Source: an archaeon (GTDB taxonomy: Archaea; Nanobdellota; Nanobdellia; SCGC-AAA011-G17; GW2011-AR18). From it: a stretch of 39,973 nucleotides of DNA. The translations under genes were made by a program, and so were the position numbers. The notes beneath the pieces are model-generated. The model was given only the letters and a program-made list of their open reading frames with translations. It made no database searches and had not been told where the DNA came from. The stretch spans positions 1 to 39,973 of the forward strand of contig JAHFKB010000005.1 in NCBI GenBank assembly GCA_023245565.1. Reading direction: 5' to 3'. This document shows, piece by piece, positions 7,373 through 16,853 of the stretch (position 1 is its first letter; the number at the start of each line of letters is the position of its first letter).

Positions 7373-7984
7373 ATGAAATTACTAGCTTTTACAGATGTTC
7401 ATGTTAGTAAAAAATCTCTTGAGTCAATTAAAGAAAAAGCTATTAAAGAAAAACCTGATTTATTGATATGTTGTGGTGATCTTTCTGTTTTTGGAAGCGG
7501 TCTTAAAGAAGCTGCAAAGTTCTTAAATGATTTAAAAATTCAAACTTTAATAATACCTGGAAATCATGAAATGGTAGAAGAGATAAAATATATTTGTTCT
7601 AAATATAAATATTTAATAAATTTACATTGTGGTGTTTTTGAATTTGGAAATTTTAATTTCTTTGGATGGGGTACTGGTGGATTTTCTTTTATAGAAGAAG
7701 AATTTGAAAGAGTTGCTAAAAAATTTATAAAGAGTTATGATAGAAATAAAAAATTAATATTTATAACACATGCACCAATTTATGGAACTAAATTAGATTA
7801 TTTACCTATGGGGCATAGGGGATGTAAGAGTACTAGAAGATTTGTAGAAGAGGTTCAGCCATTATTAGTTTTATGTGGACATTTTCATGAAAATTTTAAA
7901 AAACAAGATAAGATTAAGAAAAGTTTAATTATAAATCCTGGAAAAGATGGAATGATTATAGAATTAAAAGAAAATAATAAATAA
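7373..7984 (+). CDS. metallophosphoesterase (calcineurin-like)
   Basis: 203 aa. The motifs FTDVH, GDL, GNHE, THAP and GHFH occur in canonical order. Confidence 0.9.
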   Translation: MKLLAFTDVHVSKKSLESIKEKAIKEKPDLLICCGDLSVFGSGLKEAAKFLNDLKIQTLIIPGNHEMVEEIKYICSKYKYLINLHCGVFEFGNFNFFGWGTGGFSFIEEEFERVAKKFIKSYDRNKKLIFITHAPIYGTKLDYLPMGHRGCKSTRRFVEEVQPLLVLCGHFHENFKKQDKIKKSLIINPGKDGMIIELKENNK

Positions 7985-7988
7985 AATA

Positions 7989-8016
7989 AAGAAGAGAATT
8001 ATCTCTTCTTCTTTTT
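7989..8016 (+). terminator. hairpin plus T-tract between convergent genes
   Basis: AAGAAGAGA-atta-TCTCTTCTT forms a perfect 9-bp stem (7989-7997 with 8002-8010). It is followed by CTTTTT and lies 5 nt after the stop of the phosphoesterase gene. Confidence 0.5.
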
Positions 8017-8125
8017 AGCCTTTGATTTCTTTTTAGCTGCCATGATATCACCTCTTTTTCCCAGTTGAAGACTGGAAAGTTATATTTATATTTGCGTGAT
8101 CGATACTTATATACTTTGCTATTTT

Positions 8126-8914
8126 TTATTTTTTTAGAAAAACTTTTTGATAATTTGAAAAAATAATTTTTTCTGCTTCATCTTCTGTAATATTTTTTAT
8201 TTGAGAGATAATTTTTATTGTTTCTTTGATAAAACTTGGTTCATTTCTCTGATCTTTATATGGAGATAAGTATGGTGCATCTGTTTCTGTGAGTAAATTA
8301 TTTAATGAAGTTCTCTGAATTACCTCTTGGAAATGTTTTAATCTTGTAACTACAGCTGGAATTGATAAATAGAAATTTAGATCTTCTGCTTTTTTTACTA
8401 ATTTTAAATTTCCTGTAAAACAATGAAGAACTACTTTTTTTAACTTTGAAGATTCTAAAATTTCTAAACATTCTTTCTCTGCTTTTCTTGTATGAACTAC
8501 TATTGGTTTATTTATTTTCTCTGCTAACCTTATACATTTCCAAAAAACTTCTTCTTGTTCTTTTAATTTGCAATCGCCTTCAGGAGATTTATCTAAACCA
8601 ATTTCACCAATTGCTAAAATATTATCTTTATTTTTCTCTATGAATTTTAATTCTTCATCTACATTAAAAGGCCTATTTTCTCTTGGAACATCATCATAGT
8701 GTCCTAAGCCTACTGCATCTAAAGGATAAACTCCTAGTGAAGCTTTAATTATCTCATATTTTTTAGCTAGTTCTAGAACTTTAACATTACTTTCGTGATC
8801 TACTCCAGAACATAATATTGCAACTAATCTTGCTTCTTTTGCTCTTTTAATTACTTCATCTAGATCTTTTTCAAATTGAGGGAATGTTAAATGAGTATGA
8901 ACATCGACTAGCAT
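8126..8914 (-). CDS. tatD: TatD-family metal-dependent hydrolase/DNase
   Basis: 262 aa. It has an N-terminal VDVHTHL, an internal IGEIGLD, HTR and HCF, and TETDAPYL. Confidence 0.92.
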   Translation of the reverse strand: MLVDVHTHLTFPQFEKDLDEVIKRAKEARLVAILCSGVDHESNVKVLELAKKYEIIKASLGVYPLDAVGLGHYDDVPRENRPFNVDEELKFIEKNKDNILAIGEIGLDKSPEGDCKLKEQEEVFWKCIRLAEKINKPIVVHTRKAEKECLEILESSKLKKVVLHCFTGNLKLVKKAEDLNFYLSIPAVVTRLKHFQEVIQRTSLNNLLTETDAPYLSPYKDQRNEPSFIKETIKIISQIKNITEDEAEKIIFSNYQKVFLKK

Positions 8915-8992
8915 AGAAATTATAATTAATAAGTAATTTAAAAACTTTTATATAATAATTAATTATATATATTAGAAAAACCTTTTATTATT

Positions 8993-9586
8993 ATGTTAAC
9001 TTTATTTAAAAATTTAAGTATAAGAAAATTTACACTTGATGTTTATGATAAAAGAATTGGTAAAATCCTAAGTGAAAATGAAGGTTTAGAAGAATTTCTT
9101 ATTGAAAAACAAATGAAAAATAAAATTGGATTAAATTATGCAGAAATGATTCAAAATCAATTAATAAGTTCTTCTTGGATAGATTTTATAGAGTGGCTTT
9201 CAGAAAATCTTCCTAATGGTTTAATATTTAGAGGTATTGAATGTAGAGATATTAATAAAATAAATTTTAAAGCAATTAGAAGTATTTTAAAATATGGAAA
9301 TGATAGAATTAATCGGGGGTCAAGAACTTGGGGATTTGATTTTATAATAAAAGATTTAAGTGGTTTAGAATCTAAAGACTTTATTTGGGGGGCACCTAAT
9401 TTTTATTTTTGGAGATTCATCTCTAGATATCTAAATTATAATAAAAAAGTTTTATTTACAATCTATGATTCAAAAAAACTTTGTGAGGAAAAACTTTCTG
9501 TTAGTTCTGTTTATACTCTTGCTCCTGGTGTTAATTCTTTTAATGATGCGCTATTAGCAGTTGTTTTAGTTAGAATAATTAATTAA
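8993..9586 (+). CDS. hypothetical protein
   Basis: 197-aa ORF with coding-like composition. I recognise no family. Confidence 0.45.
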   Translation: MLTLFKNLSIRKFTLDVYDKRIGKILSENEGLEEFLIEKQMKNKIGLNYAEMIQNQLISSSWIDFIEWLSENLPNGLIFRGIECRDINKINFKAIRSILKYGNDRINRGSRTWGFDFIIKDLSGLESKDFIWGAPNFYFWRFISRYLNYNKKVLFTIYDSKKLCEEKLSVSSVYTLAPGVNSFNDALLAVVLVRIIN

Positions 9587-10767
9587 ATAAATGGAGAAAG
9601 TATAAACTTGAATAATCTAAGGAAAAATGGATACATATTTATTAAAATAAGAGCTAAAATTATTAATGAAACAGTAGTAAGTATTCTTAAAGATTTTTTT
9701 TCATCTTTTGTAAAATAAATTAATGCTGAATTAAACATTCTTCCTCCATCTACTGGACCAAGAGGAAGTAAATTAAATAATCCAACACCAACTGTGATGT
9801 TAAATAACCAAAATAATAACATTCCGAACCAAGAAAATATTTTATATAAAATAGAATAAGGTTTGAATTTTTCTTTTAATTCTATTTTATAATTACTAAA
9901 GGAAATTCCTAAAATAGCTTTTGTATTATTTTCTGGATTAGAAGACAAAGTTACATTATAATAAGAATCATTTGCTTTGAAATTTAATACTTCTCCTGGT
10001 TTTTTTGCTTCCAATATATTAGATAAGACAGATGATTCATTTATTTTATTTCCATTTACTTCTTGTAAGATCATTCCAGATTTTAAGCCTGAATTGTTTA
10101 TTGGTAAAGAAGAATTAATTTCTCCTATTATAATTCCATTTACTTCTGTAACACTATTTGCAATAGGAGATAAAACTAAACCCATTACTAATAAAATAAT
10201 AATTCCTAAAATAATATTTGAAAATGGTCCTGCAGAGAAAACAAATAATTGATCTTTTACAGGTTTTTTCTTTAATTGTTTTTCATCTGGTTCTACAAAT
10301 GCTGCTAATATTGGACCTAGAAAAGCAAAACCTGAAGATTTAATTTTTATATTTCTTAATCTTGCAAATACTCCATGAGAAAATTCATGTATTGTTGCAA
10401 CTATTAAAATTGCAATAATCCAATGCCAAAAAGATAAAATTGGAAGCTGATCACTAACTGAAATTCCAGGAAGCAATGGAGCTAAGGCTGCTTGTGTTTT
10501 TGGAACAAATAAAAATTTGTAAGTCATAAAAACTATGAATACTGTAGTTACTAACATTCCTAGAAAACCTATAGCAACGCTTATGTAACCTAAAATATTT
10601 AGAGATTTTGGAAATTTCTTTGCTATTTTATCCATTAATTTAATTCCAATTTTAGTTTTATATAGAACAAATACTTTTCCTTGAACTTCGAATTTCTTTC
10701 TGAAGATTTTAAATATTATTAATAAAAATATATAGAAAACAACTAGTAATAATAAATCATAATTCAT
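9583..10767 (-). CDS. site-2 protease family (M50) membrane metalloprotease with a PDZ-like insert
   Basis: HEFSHG (HExxH) lies in a TM helix, followed by multiple TM segments and NLLPLGPVDGG (LDG motif). The track start at 10773 is GTG; I prefer the ATG at 10767. Confidence 0.88.
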   Translation of the reverse strand: MNYDLLLLVVFYIFLLIIFKIFRKKFEVQGKVFVLYKTKIGIKLMDKIAKKFPKSLNILGYISVAIGFLGMLVTTVFIVFMTYKFLFVPKTQAALAPLLPGISVSDQLPILSFWHWIIAILIVATIHEFSHGVFARLRNIKIKSSGFAFLGPILAAFVEPDEKQLKKKPVKDQLFVFSAGPFSNIILGIIILLVMGLVLSPIANSVTEVNGIIIGEINSSLPINNSGLKSGMILQEVNGNKINESSVLSNILEAKKPGEVLNFKANDSYYNVTLSSNPENNTKAILGISFSNYKIELKEKFKPYSILYKIFSWFGMLLFWLFNITVGVGLFNLLPLGPVDGGRMFNSALIYFTKDEKKSLRILTTVSLIILALILINMYPFFLRLFKFILSPFI

Positions 10768-10769
10768 AA

Positions 10770-10931
10770 TCACTTCTTCCTTACTGGTCTAAGTGCTCTT
10801 GAAGTGCAATTTTTACACATTATTTTTCCTTTTCTAACTTTTGCAGGATCAGTTCTCATTTTTGTCTTGCACTTTCTACAAACAAAAACATTACCAAACA
10901 ATCTTTTATTAGCTTCAGGGAATTTTACCAT
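10770..10931 (-). CDS. rpl40e: 50S ribosomal protein L40e
   Basis: 53-aa ORF absent from the track: MVKFPEANKRLFGNVFVCRKCKTKMRTDPAKVRKGKIMCKNCTSRALRPVRKK. It has the FPEA..R.F...CRKC...C.NC..R.LR zinc-ribbon pattern of L40e. Confidence 0.82.
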   Translation of the reverse strand: MVKFPEANKRLFGNVFVCRKCKTKMRTDPAKVRKGKIMCKNCTSRALRPVRKK

Positions 10932-10932
10932 T

Positions 10933-11325
10933 TTATTTCACTTGCATTATAACTTTTTCATCCATAATTATCCAATAATTAACTACTGAACCTTCTTTAA
11001 CTTGTCCTTTGAATTCATCTATTATCTTTATATCAAATGTTTCATAGCTATCATTGTCCATTACAGTAGCCATATCATCATGTACAGATAAAACTTGAGC
11101 ATTCTTTTTTTCAATTATAGGAACTTGAACATTGTCTCCTGCGGGAGATAAGTGAATTTTTTTTTGATTGTTGATTAATCCAACAGCTTCAATTCTACAT
11201 TTAGATGAACCATGTTTTCCTGTTTTAGAAGTTTGAATATCTTTTACTACACAAGCAATATTATCAAATATAACATAGCTTCCAATTTTTAGATCGCCAG
11301 CTTGTACTAATTTAGTTTCTGCCAT
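10933..11325 (-). CDS. eif5a: translation initiation factor 5A (aIF5A)
   Basis: MAETKLVQAGDLKIGSYV...TSKTGKHGSSK contains the hypusine-site motif STSKTGKHG-like, followed by a C-terminal OB domain. The track ORF extends upstream to 11400; I start it at the ATG at 11325. Confidence 0.92.
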   Translation of the reverse strand: MAETKLVQAGDLKIGSYVIFDNIACVVKDIQTSKTGKHGSSKCRIEAVGLINNQKKIHLSPAGDNVQVPIIEKKNAQVLSVHDDMATVMDNDSYETFDIKIIDEFKGQVKEGSVVNYWIIMDEKVIMQVK

Positions 11326-11417
11326 AGACCTGTAGTAAATGAAGGATTTATAAAGGTTTTTGTTAAAATGAAATAAATAAACGAAAGTTTTAAAATCCAT
11401 ATTAAACTTTTTAATTT

Positions 11418-11888
11418 ATGAACCCACATACTCATTTTCTATTTCCTTTTTTTATTGCTTTGGTATTGTATAAATTATCTATATTAAGTTTTAAATTTGC
11501 TATAATTTGCGGCCTTATTGGGATGTTAGTTGATCTAGATCACTATGTTGAACATATAATCCATAGTAAATCTAATAGATTTTCTTTATTATCAACTTGG
11601 ACTAATTCAATTAAATTACATCGTTTTGTTCAGAGAAGTTTTATACATGAGGGAACAGGATTTACAATTTTAACAATTATTTTTATGGTTGTTTTTTTAA
11701 TTGATTATAAAATTGCTTTGATTCTAGCTTTAGGTTATTACTCTCATATTTACTTAGATCATTTATGGGTAAATAAACCTCATTACTTTAGATTTAAAAT
11801 TAGTAGGTTTTATTTTAAAGAATCTCATTTTGCGATTTTTTTAGATATTATATTAGTTATTTCTAGTTTGATTGTTTATTTTATCTGA
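11418..11888 (+). CDS. membrane-bound metal-dependent hydrolase-like protein (DUF457/YdjM-like)
   Basis: 156 aa and polytopic. It has HTHFLFP at the N-terminus, then VDLDHYVEH, then SHIYLDH. Confidence 0.55.
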   Translation: MNPHTHFLFPFFIALVLYKLSILSFKFAIICGLIGMLVDLDHYVEHIIHSKSNRFSLLSTWTNSIKLHRFVQRSFIHEGTGFTILTIIFMVVFLIDYKIALILALGYYSHIYLDHLWVNKPHYFRFKISRFYFKESHFAIFLDIILVISSLIVYFI

Positions 11889-12594
11889 GATTATTAATAA
11901 TTTCATTATTTAATTTAAATAATAATTCTATAACTTTATTTTTATCTTGATTATTAAAATTTTCTAACCTTTTTTTTACTTTTTTATCTAAATTTAGAAT
12001 AAATGCTTTTTCTTCTTTATTTAATGTTTTATTTAAAATTAAGTTCATATTTAAATCCCATAATAATTTCTTATTTTTGATATATGTTAATAATTGTAAT
12101 TTCTTTCTTATTGATGGTAATGCCCATTTTATAGCTTCGAAACCATTTCTGCTTTTAAGAATTTTAATTTCATAATTTATTTTCTCTTCAGTATTTTTTT
12201 TTAATTCTGTTAGTGAAACTTTTACCAATTCATCTCTAAAATTTATATTTTTTAAAGTTTTTAGAAATTTAGAATAATCTTGATCCTCGTATAGTATCAT
12301 TCCACTTGTTAATAATGTAATATAAATTGACCAATGACCTAATTTGACTTTTTTTATTAATCCTTCACAGTTATCATAATATTGTAAACTAATCTTTTTG
12401 AACTTCTTTTTTATTGGATTTTTACCTTTTGGAATATTGTCTCTGAAGATTATAATTACATCATAATCACTTTTATTTTTGTCAAAGTATCCCCAAGGAT
12501 AAGAACCATATATTACTATTGCAACTAGGTCTTCTTTAAATTTCTTCTTACAATAATTAATAAATTCAATAAGATATTTATCTGGTTTAAGCAT
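11881..12594 (-). CDS. Pol-beta superfamily nucleotidyltransferase with a C-terminal helical domain
   Basis: 237 aa. The minimal NTase signature is present: VAIVIYGSYPWGYFDKNKSDYDVIIIF (GS...G...xDxD). Confidence 0.7.
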   Translation of the reverse strand: MLKPDKYLIEFINYCKKKFKEDLVAIVIYGSYPWGYFDKNKSDYDVIIIFRDNIPKGKNPIKKKFKKISLQYYDNCEGLIKKVKLGHWSIYITLLTSGMILYEDQDYSKFLKTLKNINFRDELVKVSLTELKKNTEEKINYEIKILKSRNGFEAIKWALPSIRKKLQLLTYIKNKKLLWDLNMNLILNKTLNKEEKAFILNLDKKVKKRLENFNNQDKNKVIELLFKLNNEIINNLR

Positions 12595-12626
12595 TAATAA
12601 TTTATTAACTTTTCTCGCTTTTATTT

Positions 12627-13304
12627 CTATCTATTTATATTTTTTAAATCTCTTCCAATTTTTGAAGAGTGTTTTAAAATTTCATTTAATCTAATTTTTT
12701 CATATGACTGCTGTACTGGTTTTATATCTTTAAAATTTCCCATTTTGAATCCTTTTATACTTTCTATATCAATTATATCAACACCATAATGAGCATAAAC
12801 TATACTATCTATATCTTGATTATTAAATTTGTGTTCAGGTACAATTATTAATTTCCCAACTTTGTAAGGTTGTAAATTAATCATGTTTTTATCTGTCAGG
12901 TATTTATAACCTATTTGTTCTGCTACTTCTAAAGTGTCTTGATTCCATAAGTGATTTGGAGGAGTATAAATTTCAGCTTCTCTTTTATAAATCTTAAATA
13001 ATAATTCTTTACCCCTAATCATAAATTCTCTTTGTTTTTCTTTAGTTATTTTATTTCCAAATAAACAATAGTTTTCATGCCAAGGATCTACATATTTATG
13101 AAAGTTTTGGCATTTATGATTTAAACCTTGTTGTCCTAAAAAGCATTTTGGATTTTTTAGAGATTCTTTTATAACTTCCCTATCCTTAAATGGAATCCTA
13201 ATTGAACCTTGAGGTATTAAAGAAAAGACTATTGGAAGTCCAAGAATCCACCCTATACTTCCTGCTTTATTTCTATCTTCATAATGCAAATCTAATATTA
13301 CCAT
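12627..13304 (-). CDS. hypothetical protein, possibly a DUF2334-like deacetylase fold
   Basis: 225-aa ORF. GQQGLNHKC...WHENYC weakly resembles the HG..H region of predicted deacetylases. This is a low-confidence functional guess. Confidence 0.4.
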   Translation of the reverse strand: MVILDLHYEDRNKAGSIGWILGLPIVFSLIPQGSIRIPFKDREVIKESLKNPKCFLGQQGLNHKCQNFHKYVDPWHENYCLFGNKITKEKQREFMIRGKELLFKIYKREAEIYTPPNHLWNQDTLEVAEQIGYKYLTDKNMINLQPYKVGKLIIVPEHKFNNQDIDSIVYAHYGVDIIDIESIKGFKMGNFKDIKPVQQSYEKIRLNEILKHSSKIGRDLKNINR

Positions 13305-13357
13305 ATAAATAAAATAATAACATAAAACTTAAAAACCTTGCATTTAATCAAAAATTA

Positions 13358-14008
13358 ATGGTGAAAACAAAAGAAAAAGATTTTGTTGAGATTGATTATG
13401 TTGGAAAGATTAAAGATAATAATAAAATATTTGATTTAACAGATAAAGAAGTTGCTAAAAAAGAAGGACTTTATAATTCACATACTAAATATGGAAGTAA
13501 AATTATTTGCATAGGTGAAAATCAAATTCTAAAAATTATAGATGGTTTTTTAGTTGATAAAGAAATTGGGGAAAATTATTTATTAGATATAAAAGCTGGA
13601 GAGGCTTTTGGAAAAAAAGATCCAAGTTTAATAAAAATAATTTCTGCAGATATCTTAAAAAAACAAAAAATAAATCCTGTTCCTGGATTGCAGATAAATG
13701 CTTCTGGTTTATTAGGAACTATAAGGTCTGTTAATGGTGGAAGAATTAGTGTAGATTTTAATCATCCTTTATCTGGAAAAAATTTAATTTATGATATAAA
13801 AATTAATAGAATTGTTGAAAATGATGAAGAAAAATTAAAATCTTTAGTTGAAAACATGTTAGGTTTATCAAAACAAGAATATAGCTTAGAAATTAAAGAA
13901 AGTAAAGCTCAAATTAAAATTAAACCTATAATTCCTAGTAAAGCTAAAGATGAAGTGAAAAATAAGGCTAAAAACCTAATTCCTGGCTTAGAAGTCACAT
14001 TTAACTAA
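13358..14008 (+). CDS. FKBP-type peptidyl-prolyl cis-trans isomerase (archaeal long form with IF insert)
   Basis: 216 aa. It has DFVEIDYVGK...FDLT, LDIKAGEAFGKKDP and DFNHPLSGKNLIYDIKI. Confidence 0.87.
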   Translation: MVKTKEKDFVEIDYVGKIKDNNKIFDLTDKEVAKKEGLYNSHTKYGSKIICIGENQILKIIDGFLVDKEIGENYLLDIKAGEAFGKKDPSLIKIISADILKKQKINPVPGLQINASGLLGTIRSVNGGRISVDFNHPLSGKNLIYDIKINRIVENDEEKLKSLVENMLGLSKQEYSLEIKESKAQIKIKPIIPSKAKDEVKNKAKNLIPGLEVTFN

Positions 14009-14062
14009 AAAGCTATTATCTATCATAATTAAATTTAAATATTAGTTTTCTAATTTATTTTG

Positions 14063-15184
14063 ATGGATAATTTATTAAGACAAGTTAGTCAAAGAGTTGC
14101 TTCTGCTGGATTAAAACAGGTTCCTAGAAAGACAACTGCTGTTGATGAAGAACTTGAAGCTTTAGTTGCAAAACAAAAAGCAAAAATTAAAGTTATTGGA
14201 TGTGGTGGTGGAGGAAATAATACTATTAATCGTATGTCTGAAGTAGGAATTAGTGGAACAGAAACTATTGCTATTAATACTGATGCTCAAGATTTACTTT
14301 ATACAAATGCTAATGTAAAAATTCTAATTGGAAAAGAACTAACTGGTGGATTAGGTGCAGGTTCTATTCCTAAAGTTGGGGAAGATTCAGCAAAAGAAAG
14401 TGAAAAAGAAATTAAAGATTCAATTCAAGGTTCTGATATTATTTTTATCACATGTGGTTTAGGTGGTGGTACTGGTACTGGAGCTGCTCCTGTTGTTGCT
14501 GAAGTAGCTAAAAAATTAGGAATTTTAACAATTGCTATTGTTACTTTACCTTTTGCAATGGAAGGACAAAGAAGATATGCAAATGCAATTTCTGGTTTAG
14601 AAAGATTAGAAAGTACTGTTGATACTTTAATTGTAATACCTAATGATAAATTATTAGAATTGTGTCCTGGTTTGCCTTTACATACTGCATTTAAAGTTGC
14701 AGATGAAATATTAACTAATTCTGTTAAGGGAATTGCTGAATTAGTTACTAAACCTGGATTAGTTAATTTAGATTTTGCTGATATTAAAACTGTAATGGGT
14801 AAAGGTGGAGTTGCAATGATTGGTGTTGGTGAAAGTGATGGAGAAAATAGAGCTATAGAATCTGTAGAAAAAGCAATACAAAATCCATTACTTGATGTTG
14901 ATATTACTGGTGCAAATGGTGCATTGATTAATATTTCTGGTGGACCAAATTTAACTTTAGATGAAGCAAGAAGAATTGTTGAAACTATAACTGAAAGATT
15001 AGATGAAGATGCAAGAACAATTTGGGGTGCACAAATTTCTGAAGATTTAGATAATACAATTAGAACTTTATTAATTGTTACTGGTGTTCATAGTCCACAA
15101 ATATTTGGTGCTAAGAAAAATAATCCTAAAGTTGTAAGGAAAAAGGGTATGGAAGAAGAATTAGGAATAGATTTTGTAAATTAA
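14063..15184 (+). CDS. ftsZ: cell division protein FtsZ
   Basis: It has GCGGGGNNTINRM, the tubulin signature GGGTGTGAAP, and NLDFADIKTVM. The track start at 14060 is TTG, immediately before the ATG at 14063. Confidence 0.97.
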   Translation: MDNLLRQVSQRVASAGLKQVPRKTTAVDEELEALVAKQKAKIKVIGCGGGGNNTINRMSEVGISGTETIAINTDAQDLLYTNANVKILIGKELTGGLGAGSIPKVGEDSAKESEKEIKDSIQGSDIIFITCGLGGGTGTGAAPVVAEVAKKLGILTIAIVTLPFAMEGQRRYANAISGLERLESTVDTLIVIPNDKLLELCPGLPLHTAFKVADEILTNSVKGIAELVTKPGLVNLDFADIKTVMGKGGVAMIGVGESDGENRAIESVEKAIQNPLLDVDITGANGALINISGGPNLTLDEARRIVETITERLDEDARTIWGAQISEDLDNTIRTLLIVTGVHSPQIFGAKKNNPKVVRKKGMEEELGIDFVN

Positions 15185-15194
15185 TTCTTTTAAA

Positions 15195-15410
15195 TTATTT
15201 AATATAATTATATAATAAAAAAATTGAAGTTGCTAGTGCTGTTGTTCCAGATATTATTCCTATATGTGAATATAATAATAAATTTAATTTATCTGAAGCT
15301 TGTTCATTATCTTTATGCCTTTTATCATACAGATATAAACCTATGAGTGGGATATAATCAATTATTCTAGGATTAATATTTGAATCATGTATTATTTTAT
15401 CTAAGCCCAT
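15195..15410 (-). CDS. hypothetical small membrane protein
   Basis: 71-aa ORF with two hydrophobic segments. Confidence 0.4.
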   Translation of the reverse strand: MGLDKIIHDSNINPRIIDYIPLIGLYLYDKRHKDNEQASDKLNLLLYSHIGIISGTTALATSIFLLYNYIK

Positions 15411-15462
15411 AAAATTTTAACTTTACAATAAGATTTAAATACCTTTTCTATCACCAAAACAT

Positions 15463-15660
15463 ATGAATGAAGTTGCTAAGCCTTCTCTTATACAACGTTT
15501 TAAATCTTTTATTATAGAGTGTAGAAGGGTTTGGCAAGTAACTAAAAAGCCAACAAAAGAGGAGTTAAAAGTAATAGTTAAAATTACTGGAATAGGTATA
15601 TTAGTAATAGGATTTATTGGTTTTATTATTAATATGCTATGGCAGTTATTTTTGCAATAA
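15463..15660 (+). CDS. secE: preprotein translocase subunit SecE (Sec61 gamma)
   Basis: 65 aa. It has a basic amphipathic N-terminus, KKPTKEE, and a single C-terminal TM helix. It sits in the canonical position upstream of spt5. Confidence 0.85.
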   Translation: MNEVAKPSLIQRFKSFIIECRRVWQVTKKPTKEELKVIVKITGIGILVIGFIGFIINMLWQLFLQ

Positions 15661-15666
15661 AGAAAA

Positions 15667-16149
15667 ATGGAAAATCAAGTATTCGCAGTAAGAACAACAG
15701 CAAATAGAGAAGAACAAGTAATGGACTTTATGGATACAAACATAAAGAAAAAAAACTTAGAAGTTTATAGTATAATTAATGCTCATGGAATGAGGGGTTA
15801 TATTTTTGTTGAAGCAAAAACAAGAGAAGATGCTGAACAAGCATGCTTTGGAATTCCTTATGCAAGAGGTTTGCTTCCTAAATTAGTTAATTTTTCTGAA
15901 ATTGAACCAATGTTGGAACAAATTAAAGCTCCAATGAATATACAAGAAAAAGATATTGTGGAAATTATTCATGGTCCATTTAAGAAAGAAAAAGCTAAAG
16001 TTAAGAGAATAGATGAAACTAAAGAAGAAGTTGTAGTTGAATTATTAGAAGCTGCAATTCCTATTCCTATAACTGTAAAAATGGATTGGGTAAAAGTTAT
16101 TAGAAGAGAATCTAGTGAAGGCTCAGAAGCTATTGGTGAAGAATATTAA
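15667..16149 (+). CDS. spt5: transcription elongation factor Spt5 (NusG)
   Basis: 160 aa. An NGN domain (VFAVRTTANREE...GYIFVEA) is followed by a KOW motif (DIVEIIHGPFKKEKAKV). Confidence 0.93.
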   Translation: MENQVFAVRTTANREEQVMDFMDTNIKKKNLEVYSIINAHGMRGYIFVEAKTREDAEQACFGIPYARGLLPKLVNFSEIEPMLEQIKAPMNIQEKDIVEIIHGPFKKEKAKVKRIDETKEEVVVELLEAAIPIPITVKMDWVKVIRRESSEGSEAIGEEY

Positions 16150-16301
16150 ATTGTTATTTCTTTAATTTTTTTTGATAAATTAATTAAATGTTCTAAAAAT
16201 GGTTTATTATTTACAGGAGCCATTGGTTTTATGGTTTCAATTTTATCCAGTATACTCTTTAATCTAGTTCCAAACCCTCCTGCTAAAATAACTGCTTGCA
16301 T
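16146..16301 (-). pseudogene. 51-codon remnant of an NDP-sugar pyrophosphorylase (nucleotidyltransferase) N-terminus
   Basis: The minus-strand translation is MQAVILAGGFGTRLKSILDKIETIKPMAPVNNKPFLEHLINLSKKIKEITI-stop. It carries the hallmark LAGG.GTRL ... KPM.PV..KP motif, but the ORF ends after about one fifth of a normal enzyme. Confidence 0.6.
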
Positions 16302-16337
16302 GATTTTTTAAATAAAAGATCCCATTTAAAACATTAG

Positions 16338-16402
16338 GTTGTAAGTCAGATTAATGATATGCCTAAAGATTTCAAAGGTATGAAAGTTCCTGTTAAAATT
16401 AT
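16338..16402 (+). repeat. 65-bp duplicated internal fragment of rpl11 (source 16959..17023)
   Basis: GTTGTAAGTCAGATTAATGATATG[C/A]CTAAAGATTTCAAAGGTATGAAAGTTCCTGTTAAAATTAT is identical to the rpl11 coding sequence except for one base. Confidence 0.9.
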
Positions 16403-16440
16403 ATTATGGATAAAATTAAAGTTTAATTTTTTAATTAGAA

Positions 16441-16803
16441 ATGTTTATTAAGATTATTATATTTATTTCATTTATGGTATTAAGAACAACTAAATTAAAA
16501 TGTCCTATTGATAGAACTTATTTAAGCGAAAATTATGGAGAATATGGGGGGTCTGAAATTAATTGTATTAAATGTGGGGCTAATTATAGCTGGGATGTAT
16601 TAAAAAATTCTGAATTACTTATTAGACAAGCTAAGTTATATATTGATAATTTATCTTGGTGTTTTGAATTAAGTAAACTCCCTGGATATTATAAAGGTGG
16701 TATGAAAGATTTAAGAGAAGTTCTAGAATTCGCTCAAAGAAATATTAAAAGCTTAAGGCTTAGTAGAAGAGAGAGATTAAATCTTGAAAAATTATTGAGT
16801 TAA
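16441..16803 (+). CDS. hypothetical zinc-ribbon protein
   Basis: 120-aa ORF with CPID...(19 aa)...CIKCG. The true start may be the internal ATG at 16474 (MVLRTTKLKCP). Confidence 0.5.
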   Translation: MFIKIIIFISFMVLRTTKLKCPIDRTYLSENYGEYGGSEINCIKCGANYSWDVLKNSELLIRQAKLYIDNLSWCFELSKLPGYYKGGMKDLREVLEFAQRNIKSLRLSRRERLNLEKLLS

Positions 16804-16853
16804 AACTTTTCCAAAAACCTTATAAATTGTTTTTTAATCCTAAGTCTACTAAA

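Noticed and set aside
8060-8082. TTCCCAGT-TGAAG-ACTGGAA dyad as an origin recognition box (resembles the TTCCAGTGGAAA-type ORB)
   Set aside because: It is a single copy, not near orc1/cdc6, and it sits between a gene end and an SD. A transcript hairpin is the more likely explanation.
8446-8643. 65-aa plus-strand ORF
   Set aside because: It is a shadow ORF inside tatD.
9977-10252. 91-aa plus-strand ORF
   Set aside because: It is a shadow ORF inside the M50 protease gene.
10804-10989. 61-aa plus-strand ORF
   Set aside because: It is antisense to the L40e gene (10770..10931), which has a clear family signature, and to the 3' end of aIF5A.
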